A DNA stretch of 31,996 nucleotides from Octopus sinensis (Eukaryota). Positions 1 through 9,554 of the stretch are shown here, piece after piece; within the stretch, counting starts at the first letter, position 1, and every line of letters starts with the position of its first letter. The notes below the pieces were generated by a model. It had not been told where the DNA came from. It saw nothing but the letters and a program-made list of their open reading frames with translations, and did not search any database. The stretch lies in contig NW_021829655.1 in assembly GCF_006345805.1 (NCBI RefSeq), positions 1-31,996 of the forward strand. Direction: 5' to 3'. Position numbers and translations under genes: made by a program.

Positions 1-185
1 AGTGGCAATGAGAGAATTAAAATAAATTGTTGGGGTAAGAAATTAACATTATGTTGCTTCAGGAAGAGAAATACGAACTTCATTTCCTTATAATGATGGA
101 GGAGTCTGAAGATTTACTCTGAAAATTGTGATAAAAGAATTTCTGGGAAAATGATAACTTGTAAATCTTCCAAAATTTTGTAAAT

Positions 186-259
186 ATCATCATCATCATT
201 TAGCGTCCGTTCTCCATGCTAGCATGGGTTGGACAGTTCAACTGGGGTCTGTGAAGCTG
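186..259 (-). mobile_element. Extreme 3' end of RTE LINE (GAT-tailed), heavily 5'-truncated
   Basis: catcatcatcatttagcgtccgttctccatgctagcatgggttggacagttcaactggggtc matches the start of the longer copy at 23875-23940. Confidence 0.85.
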
Positions 260-1074
260 ATTTTTAGTAAATAATAAATATCCTTGCATTTTATTAAATT
301 TATGGATCTTTTCAATCCCAGTCATAGATTTTTAATTAATTTTTTTTAACTAAACAGTTTGAAACTTCAGATACTGGTTGAATGTGTCACATAGAACACG
401 GTTTACTCTTAACATTTTTGTATTTTAGAAGTTATATCATGTTAAAGTTGTCATATTACAATGTGTAACTTCTAAAATACAAAATTTTGTCCAAAATATT
501 AAGAGTAAACTGTGTTCTACGTAACACATTCAACCAGTATCCAAAGTTTCAAACTGTTTAGTTAAAAAAAAATTAATTAAAAAATCTGTGACTGAGATTG
601 AAAAGATCCAAATTTTTTTATAACTATCATTAAGCCATTCACTAGACCAGTAAAACAAAGTAACTATTTTTATTCTGGTACAAGTGTATGTGTGCATCTA
701 TACCAGTGTGATTTTATTTTTGGTGGGCAGCATAGATTGTGCCCAAAGGATCCACAATTAAGAGAGAAAAAACCTAACACTGAGTTCATCAATCAGCCAT
801 TTACAAATAGCATTCATTCTTGAGCTGTGGACTTCACAGGTAAGGTGATGATACAAGATTCAAGAAAAATGAAATGTAGATCTGTCCAATCCATGGAATA
901 GTAAAGAGAAAATAAACCTTCAAATGACTGTGCATGTCTTTGCGTTGGGAAGGTTAGTCAGAAAAGAAAGAGCACTGTTTAGATAAAATAGAGTTATACA
1001 TATTTGACACAGCATCCTGGGGTGAAAGAGAACAATGTTCTGTTTTGCCAACACATTTGTTAGTACCATGGAAA

Positions 1075-1235
1075 ACTATGATTATGGAGATAATGATGAT
1101 TTTGTTGATGATAATGATGAATGTCATGATGATGACAATTATGACAGTAAGGATTGTAGCAACAATGATGATAATGATGATTGTAGTGATGATACTGGTG
1201 GTGATAACAAAAATGATGGTAATGATGATGTTAAA
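1075..1235. repeat. Degenerate (GAT/GAC/AAT)n trinucleotide repeat
   Basis: Low-complexity gatgat/gataat run; source of the poly-I, poly-D and poly-M ORFs. Confidence 0.9.
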
Positions 1236-1877
1236 GGGTAACAAATAAATTGAAAGAGATTTAGACAGCTTATATTAATTTGATGACATAAATTCTAAAC
1301 TAACAAATTATTTCAATGAGCCACAAAATACCTAACAATATAAAAAAAAATGCTTCATAAAACCAGAGCAACTTTTTAAAAACTTGGCAACTGGTTGTTT
1401 TAATGGCATGAAATGGTCAAGAAATTATCTTTTCATTCCTGCATCTGGAATAAGATGATAGCAAATAGCAGGCAGAAATCCATTCCTTACTAAAGTAATA
1501 TTAAAATAAGAGTTCTGTCTAGAAACACAACCTACAGTGGATGTGAACTCATGACCTATTAGTAAACAGTCTAATTATCATATCTACTCTGCAATGTCAT
1601 CTAGTCCCCTTTCCAAAGGAGATTGCTGCAGACAATTTTCAAAGAGATCAAACAGACTTTCAAATATTTACATGAATCCTGAAGGAAAATGCTATGATGT
1701 ATTGGGTTTTCTACTGAGTTTGCTTATAAATCATTCTTTCTGAATTCTTCCTGAACCACTAGGAAAACCTGAGAAGGACCTGTTTCAGAGATCCTAGTAA
1801 ACTGTATACTGTGTATTCAGGTCTACATTCTAAAGAAATTTACTTGCAAAGACTCAGAAATTGTATTTACAGATCAA

Positions 1878-2540
1878 GCCAGGTCAGGTAATGGCGGCAT
1901 GTGCCACTGCAGTGTGTCACTGCATCCACCATATGTCAGTATCTGCTCAGGTTGTCCCAGGGAACCCTCCAAGCAGTATCTCAGTCACTTTTCATCTCTG
2001 CAAAATGCTTCCTCATCTGCCATGACTATGAGGTATGTGAACAACCAACACGAGCAGTCACTCAGCTGGATCCTCAGACAAGAGAACATGGTACAGTGGA
2101 TCCAAGCAAACAATCTCAACTGACACCCCAAATCATAAAAGTAACAAGACACATCCCAGTTTCAGAGTATAGTTGTTGGTTGGATTTCATATCCAACCAA
2201 TGACAGCCCATAATCCTGTGAAGTGTCCTGGTACCAAGGGAATTCAAGTGGTTCCTAAGGGCTCCAGACAGTGTCCAAATCTTGCAATTGTAGGGAATTC
2301 AAGTGGTTCCTAAAGGCTCTGGACAGTGTCCAAATCTCGCAATTGTAGAGCAAGACAGGAAGGACCAGAGACCTGAAGATTTAACTTTTTTTTTCACCTG
2401 CTCAGATATCAGCAGTGCCAAACACTCTTGTCTAATGAGCCCATAACTGTACCAGCACACCCAAGTCTTTAAGACTTCAGACTCACTGCTAAGGATTATG
2501 CTGCTGAGATAGCTGATGAATTTACACCATTTGAGAAAAC
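1878..2540 (-). mobile_element. Decayed 3' part of an RTE-clade LINE ORF (RT C-terminal region) ending in CTGAC-type tail
   Basis: Manual minus-strand translation across frameshifts gives RSLVLPVLLYNCEIWTLS, HRIMGCHWLDMKSNQQLYSETGM and MVDAVTHCSGTC, typical of the RTE LPVLLYGCETWTL region and C-terminus; ends in acctgacctg. Confidence 0.8.
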
Positions 2541-3594
2541 CAAAATGAAAACACACACACACACTGCTGTCTACAAACAGAAACATTCCTATGTATCACA
2601 CACACATATACAGACTATTAATCCCAAATACTCAAGAAAATGAAGAAACCTCTAAATAACTGATTGAGAGAGCAACCATATCTCCCTCAAACTATAATGT
2701 CTTAACATGAAAGTCTTCCACTAAAATGTCTTTGATCATTGATGAAGTTGTACATGGTTGATGTAAACAACAACACTACAAACATTTACTGTGTGCTATC
2801 CCCTGTCTCTCACTCATTTCTCTGAAGTAACATAGCTATACATCTTTTTCACCTACTCAGGACCACCTGTCTTTCTCTTACTATTCACCCTTACTATATT
2901 CTTTAGATCCTGCACTAAACACTTTTTCTCCAATCCTGTCACTCCAGAGCAACCACCCTCTGAAATATTAACTTCAGAGATGTTTAAACCAAACTAACTA
3001 TTATGACCTCTGCTACTCCCCTTCCTATTAACATAAAACTATTATTATGTTGTTCTGTAAAATCAGAATAGAGCATTTCATGTAGTCCTTATTCTAAGGA
3101 CTACATTTCTGTAGAAATGGTATCCTAAAACACATAGCCAAGACCTGCACCAATCTTACCAACATCTTTATAGTTCTTAGTTATTTGAAAGGGACAGCCA
3201 AGCAGTTCAGCGGGACATGAATATCACAAATGACAAAAGAATCTTATAAAACTCTTTCTTAGTCTCCATTTCAAAACTGCCTAGACATAAGTGAATGTGT
3301 GACACAGAAAAAAACATTTGGTAACTGTTACAAAAAGAAAAATGAACCTGAAATATCTGGGATGAAAAGACTCCCTGACAATAAGAACAGCTGCAACCAT
3401 ATGACCCTGTCTACATGATGGAGATGATGGTTGAATCAGGTGGGGGGAGAGATGTTTTGACAAGATCACAAACCCTGAATGACTTACACATTACATAGAG
3501 TCAAACACATTTTCTGAAAAGGTTGATGAGGAAACATGTAGAAGCAAAGTAAGGAATGTAGATGAGAGAGAATCAATAGGAAGACATAAAATAT

Positions 3595-3684
3595 AAATAC
3601 ACACGCACACACACATATATATATACACATACATATCTATATACATATATACACACACACATATATATATACATACATATTTAT

Positions 3685-3741
<57 letters not shown>

Positions 3742-3790
3742 AACATACATACATATATAAACATACATACATACATATATATATCTATCT
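3595..3790. repeat. Compound (CA)n/(TA)n/(TACA)n microsatellite
   Basis: Directly visible. Confidence 0.95.
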
Positions 3791-4278
3791 AATATAATAA
3801 ATACGAAAACTAATTTGTGCGTCAGTGTGTCACACTTAGACACCCTCTCTCACTATTCAATGACACTCCTGCTATTCCTCATGATGGGGTGAGTGTAATA
3901 GTAGTGAGAGTAATAGAGGGTAGTGGCAAAGATAGACAGAGAGGGAGAGAGAGAGAGGGGGGGAGCGAGAAAGAAAAAGAGAGACAAAAAATTTAGGGAG
4001 AGTTGATGAGGTATTTTTAAAAGTAGCTGTGTTCATGGTGGCAGTGGGGTAATAATAAAAAAGAGAGAAAGAGTGGGTATATGAGAGAAAGAGGGAGATG
4101 ACGTAAAACTTTGTTTAACCATGTCTCTTTGACAAAAATTCCTATCACCAACACTATCATTTTTGTTTTATTTTTTGCTTTCTTTAATACATATATACAT
4201 AAACGCACACACACACACACACACATATAAAATACACTTTAATTCAAATAAAGTTTCTCCAAAATTAAACATGCAACT

Positions 4279-5945
4279 GGAGCAAGGTCATCAGGACAGA
4301 GGGGCTCCCAGGAGCATCCTGTCTTGAATTCCTCTGTTATTGCCTGGAGGACTATGAGGAATTAAGAGGGGCCTGACGATTGATCCTTGGTGGACTCCTA
4401 CCCCTACCTGGAATTCTTCACTGTACTTGTTGCCAATCCTCACCTTACTGACAGCATCCCTGTACATGGCTTGTACAGCTCTCACTAACCATTCATCTAT
4501 CCCTAGATTCCTCATTGACCACCAGATAAGAGATCATAAGGGAAGGCTTTCTCCTTGTCAACAAAAGCTAGGTACAGAGGTTTATCTTTGGCTAGGTATT
4601 TTTCATGCAGCTGTCTTACCAGAAATATAGCATCAGTGGTGCTTTTCCCTGGCACAAACCGAAACTGCATCTCATCTAGACTGACTGTCTCCCTGATCCA
4701 ACAACTTGATACCGCTATAATCATTTGTATCTAATGCGTCACCATTACCTTTGTAGCAGTTGACTATGGTGCTGCCACACCAGTCATTGGGTATGACTCC
4801 TTCATGTATCACCTGGTTGACTATATGGGTGACTAGGCTATAGCTGACACCACCAGATAATTTAAGCATCTCTGCAGTGATTCCTGATGGGCCAGGTGCT
4901 TTCACTGTCTCATACCCTTAATTGCTTTATCTACCATGGTACTATCAATTCGAATAACTGGTCCCTCTGTTGGGTTGACATTCGGCAGACTCTCTTTTTC
5001 CCATTCATTCTCTTCATTTAGCAACCTTTCATAGTGGCGTCTCCCAGTATCTTTCCTTGCAGCCTCATTAAATACAAGTGAGCCATCATGCATGCGGAGA
5101 CATTTCTCTCCTATGACATCATGATTATCTCTCATGCACTGTCTTGCAACACGAAACACTTCAAGCCTTTATCCTCATGACATGGAACATTGGCAAATTT
5201 TTTTCTCTGCTTCCCCTCTGGTTAAATAAACCTGGTCTCCTAGCATCCCTTCTAACAGTCTGATACAATTCCCTGCTACCACCGTTCTTCCAATCCTTCC
5301 ATGCTTGTTTCTTTTCCCTAATGACCCTGTCAGCTACATTGTTCCACCACCACGTTACCTTGGGTTGAGAGGGGACTTTGCACTATCCACAGATCTGATC
5401 AGCAGCCCTCAACAAGTTGTCCCGGAGAAACCTCCAGTTGTCTTCCACATCATGTGATGCTATATCCCCCTCTATTTTGTCAAAAGCTTCAAGTAATACG
5501 TCTCTAAATCTCTGTCTATTCGCAGACCCTTCTACTCCATGCTGGTCGTCCTCTGAGCATCCATTTAGCCCTGATCCTGATGCCGCTAACTACTAATCTA
5601 TGTTGTGGGGTGCATTCTTCACCTGGAAAGGTTTTGGCATTTATAAGTAGCCATCTTTCCCGTTTCCTGGTAAGGATGTAGTAAATTTGACTAGTGTGTC
5701 TACAAGATCAGTAGGTGAATAGGTAACTGGCAGGTTATCTGAAGTTAGTATTACAAACCATAAGATCATTTGCATCACAGAATTCCAGCAGCCTGGTTCC
5801 CTCCTCATTGCAAGAACCAAAACCATAGCCTCCATGTAATCCCCCTGAATGTTGTCCAACATGCCTACTGAAGTCACCAGCCACAAAGAGAAGGTCTCTG
5901 TCATTCGTTGATGAGGTAGTCTGCAAGAGGGTGTCATAAAATCGG
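4279..5945 (-). mobile_element. Decayed RTE-clade LINE ORF fragment: APE endonuclease C-terminal half through RT catalytic motif
   Basis: ORF pieces: AGDFSRHVG...GYGFGSCNEEGTRLLEFCDANDLMVCNTNFR (APE); KAPGPSGITAEMLK, IPNDW..IVNCYKGNGDALD, QFRFVPGKSTTDAIFLVRQL, LAFVDKEKAF, GVHQGS (RT). The YADD site reads GCSWEPLCPDDLA at about 4280-4318. Many frameshifts and stops. Confidence 0.95.
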
Positions 5946-5954
5946 TCTTTCTGT

Positions 5955-5976
5955 CTATATATATATACATATTTAC

Positions 5977-6007
<31 letters not shown>

Positions 6008-6204
6008 TATGTACATACATACATATATATATATATACACACACATATGTACATACATACATATATATATATATATATACACACACATATGTACATACAT
6101 ACATACATATATATATACACACACATATGTACATACATACATATATATATACACACACATATGTACATACATACATATATATATACACACACATATGTAC
6201 ATAC

Positions 6205-6239
<35 letters not shown>

Positions 6240-6318
6240 CACATATGTACATACATATATATATATATACACGTTTACATACATACATACATATATATAT
6301 ACATACACACACACACAA

Positions 6319-6349
<31 letters not shown>

Positions 6350-6350
6350 T
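5955..6350. repeat. Minisatellite of ~30-38 nt units (acacacacatatgtacatacatacat(at)n)
   Basis: Unit with a constant catatgtacatac core repeats about eight times with variable (AT)n length. Confidence 0.9.
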
Positions 6351-6389
6351 AAACACGTTAGAGAATGTTGTCTAAGTTTAACAACATCG

Positions 6390-6470
6390 AAAAGTATGAG
6401 ATGGCCATGGATGGAATGCTTATGATCATAAGTCTATTAATTCAATGCTGACTTGGAGTTAATTAATAAT
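6390..6470 (+). mobile_element. Degenerate 3' fragment of SINE-like family D
   Basis: gatggccatggatggaatgcttatgatcataagtct is related to 7690-7750 and to the reverse complement of 13160-13200. Confidence 0.45.
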
Positions 6471-6635
6471 AATACAAACATACATATACATTCACTAATT
6501 CCACACACAGAATAACAAACCAGTGTATGCACACATATACAAACACACATATATGCCTCTGCATACACATATAAATATACATGTATGCATATAGACATAT
6601 ATACATACTTACATGCACACATTAATCCTTCATCC

Positions 6636-6725
6636 TAAAATAAGTACTGAGAGAGGTTGATGTAATGAATTATGTCCTAGTCGGTGCTTCAGTATGGCCT
6701 GTCTAATGACTGAAATGAGTGAGAG
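6636..6725 (+). mobile_element. Degenerate 3' tail of SINE family A
   Basis: aataagtact...gtgcttcagtatggc...aatgactgaaa aligns by eye to 14920-15015. Confidence 0.65.
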
Positions 6726-6859
6726 CAGTCAAAGAATATAATAAAATCAACAGTCTAAAAAATACCAAAAAAACTGTCACTTTAGTTTATTCTTTTACCT
6801 TTTCAGCCAGAGAGTCTTGCCATATTAGGGAACCACCATTCATTATATTTGAAAAATAT

Positions 6860-6987
6860 CAGCAGTTGAGAAATTTGGTTTCAAGTTCAATCCCACTGTG
6901 TAGTACCTTGGCAAGTATTTTCTATTATAGCCCTATGTAGACCAAAGTCTTGTGAGTGAATTTGGTAGATGGAAAACTATTAAAGCC
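6860..6987 (+). mobile_element. tRNA/CORE-like SINE head fragment
   Basis: agttcaatcccactgtgtagtaccttggcaagtattttctattatagcc...ttgtgagtgaatttggtagatggaaa aligns to 14670-14770. Confidence 0.75.
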
Positions 6988-7611
6988 ACTGACACTACCC
7001 ACGCTTTATTTTTTCATATCATTAAAAGTTGTTCCTCAAAACAAAACCAGAGACCAACTGATGTAACAAGCAACCATCCTCAATGTCTACAATTATTGTA
7101 ACAGTTACTGTTTGCTGCTTACTGATTATAAAGCTGGAGTTAAGGTCAGACTAGACATAGAAATTATAAATACTTACACGCTTAGTCATCAATGATGGCA
7201 TAGAGACAAATTTAAAACATACAAAACCTCCACAGAGGAAAAGTGAATGTGAGACATATATATATGTCTCACACACATATATATATATATATACACACAT
7301 ATACATACATGTATGCACACACATGTATGAATGTGTGTGTGTGTACATACATACCACATTAGATGAGAGAAAGTCAAGGAATGTTTAAAATGAATGAAGT
7401 AAATGTTATAACGACATTTTCAATAAAAATTTCAATTCTTTCCCACTACCAAACTTTCACAAAGTCATTATTTAACTTCAGTCCAGGTTTAGAAGCTGGG
7501 ACTAAAAAGAGAACAGACCCTTCTCCAAGATTCTTGTAGGTAACTTTCATGCAAGTCATGGCACTTACAAACATCAGGTATTTATGAAACAAATAAGAGG
7601 AATACAACCCA

Positions 7612-7750
7612 TCAGACACAGTAGCCAAATCTGCCTCAAATCACACCCTACCATCTTAAAAATGAAAGGATATACTTGAATGAAAAAATAACCTATGATC
7701 ATAGGCCCACTTGATAAAGGACTAACCTAAGGTTAAGCAATAACAACTAG
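7612..7750 (+). mobile_element. SINE-like family D fragment
   Basis: gtagccaaatctgcctcaaatcacaccctaccatcttaaaa is shared, reverse-complemented, with 13255-13300 and 18960-19000. Confidence 0.65.
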
Positions 7751-8039
7751 ATATACTCAATAAAATGCCACGTGTTGAGAGCAAATAAAACATTTCCAGT
7801 GGACATGAAACCCACCAACATCACCTGTCCTACATGCATACATAGCTGAAAGTCTAGGCGCTATATTCCTCAGCTATGCAAAATCTTCTTTATCATCCAG
7901 CAGAAAAATAACAAATATTAAAAAAATGTTTAGGACCAAACAAAAATTACAGTAATTACAGTAATTGGAGATCATTGTTACCAGTAAATGAATACAAGTG
8001 AATCTAAAGTCCCAATCTTAAGTGGCTACACAAAATTTA

Positions 8040-8237
8040 TAACAATAATAATCCTTTCTACCCAAGACAAAACGCCTGAAATTTGTGGGGAGGGGTTTAG
8101 TCAATTATATTAACCCCTGTACACAACTTGTACTTATTTCATCAACCCCAAAATGATGAAAGGCAAAGTCGACCTTGGACAAAATGCTGCTAAGCATTTT
8201 GCCTGGTATGGTAACAATTCTACCAGCTCACCACCTT
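8040..8237 (-). mobile_element. tRNA-derived SINE family C, (TTA)n tail, internal deletion
   Basis: Homologous to 8240-8483 and to the reverse complement of 13978-14198. Confidence 0.8.
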
Positions 8238-8239
<2 letters not shown>

Positions 8240-8274
<35 letters not shown>

Positions 8275-8483
8275 TTTCTTTCTATTACAGGCACAAGGCC
8301 TGAAATTTGCAGGGAGGGGGTAAATCGATTACATTGACCCCAGTGCATAACTGGTACTTATTTAATCGACCCTGAAAAGCGAAGTCGACCTCACTGGAAT
8401 TTGAACTCAGAATGTAGTGGTGGACGAAATACTGCTGAGCATTTCACCTAGCATACTAACAATTCTGCCAGCTCGCCGCCCTT
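8240..8483 (-). mobile_element. tRNA-derived SINE family C, near full length, (TTA)n tail
   Basis: Minus strand has A-box-like TGGCAGAATTGTTAG, B-box-like GAGTTCAAATTCC, central gtcgacttcgcttttcagggtcgattaaataagtaccag and a TTA tail. Confidence 0.85.
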
Positions 8484-8500
8484 ATAATAATAATAATAAT

Positions 8501-9049
8501 GCCCTGATGAAGTACCAGGCAGTGGCTCTCATGGCTTCTGATCTTAACTGATCGGAAGTGTTATCATGTACATTGTTTTGTCTTGGTATGAAAGATAGGC
8601 TACAGCAAATATTCAGCTCAACACCACGGATTTGCATGTCAGTTGTTTGGCCTTAACTAGGTGAGCATGTCCCTTGGTGGTTGACGATATGTGCATCTCT
8701 AATTACAAGTAGTAGAGGAGCATCATAGCCATGTGTTGAGAGGAATTCTTTGAGGTTTGAATAATTCACTTCTGGAAACATGGGTGTTTCGTTCATCATC
8801 CTCAAACAAACCTTATTCAGGGACCTTTTGAGTGGGATGGGCTGCTTGACCTGAAGAAAATTCTAACCTAGCCCCACCTGCAAGGTCACAAGCTGTTTAT
8901 CTTGATATAAGATCACCATGTCGCATACATGTGGTTGTGATGCATGTGCCTGGTGTACTCTTCTCAGACAGGTAGTCATGATGGTTATATTGGGCGTTGT
9001 ATAATTGTACCCCAGCGTCACTTTGATGGCATGCACTGCTCTTTCACTC
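8501..9049 (+). mobile_element. ~550-bp non-coding interspersed repeat embedded in (TAA)n; possibly a non-autonomous R4/Dong-type non-LTR derivative
   Basis: Complex GC-richer block with (TAA)n immediately on both sides and no ORF. I recall it as a common octopus repeat; the clade assignment is inferred only from the TAA target. Confidence 0.5.
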
Positions 9050-9089
9050 AATAATAATAATAATAATGATGATGATCATAATGATGATG

Positions 9090-9300
9090 ATAATAATTCT
9101 TCCTAATTTAGGCACAATTCCAGAAGATTTTGACGGGAAGAGAGTTGGTTGATTACATCAACCCCCTCTATTTTATTGATCCAAAAATGATGAAAAATAA
9201 AAATGACCTCTGCAAGATTTGAACTCAGAAGGTAAAGAATTGGAACAAATATCATAAGATATTTTGTTCAATGCTTTAACAACTTTGCCAGTCCACTAGA
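9090..9300 (-). mobile_element. Degenerate SINE family C
   Basis: ttaggcacaa...gattacatcaacccc...atttgaactcagaa...tttgccag aligns to 8280-8475. Confidence 0.65.
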
Positions 9301-9554
9301 CTAATAATACCTGACTTGACACTTGCAGATGAAATTAGTTTTTACTATTCTGAATTTAATTAGGTTATTATTACATTACATATGTAATAGTATTATTGTA
9401 CACTATATATAACAAAATTATTATATTACGCTTCATAAATATAACAGAATTATTAGTACACTTAATGTACAAAACAGTATTATATACTATATGAAACAAT
9501 ATCACTGTGAATGTAATATACATAACAGTATTATTGTATCAACATATAATAATA

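Noticed and set aside
731-845. Plus-strand exon-like block ending CAG|GTAAGG
   Set aside because: All three frames from the 730 acceptor contain stops, and a lone good donor is expected by chance. A non-coding or shorter exon cannot be excluded.
954-1248. Three overlapping ORFs rich in I/T, D/N or M
   Set aside because: All derive from a degenerate GAT repeat; no splice or domain evidence.
5641-6425. Long YI/HT/CV-rich ORFs (also near 3491, 16707, 20116, 25897, 27102, 28617, 30000)
   Set aside because: Translations of (TA)n/(CA)n microsatellites.
8503-8545. CTGATGA at the start of the TAA-embedded element as a hammerhead core
   Set aside because: No stem II or downstream GAAA box at a usable distance.
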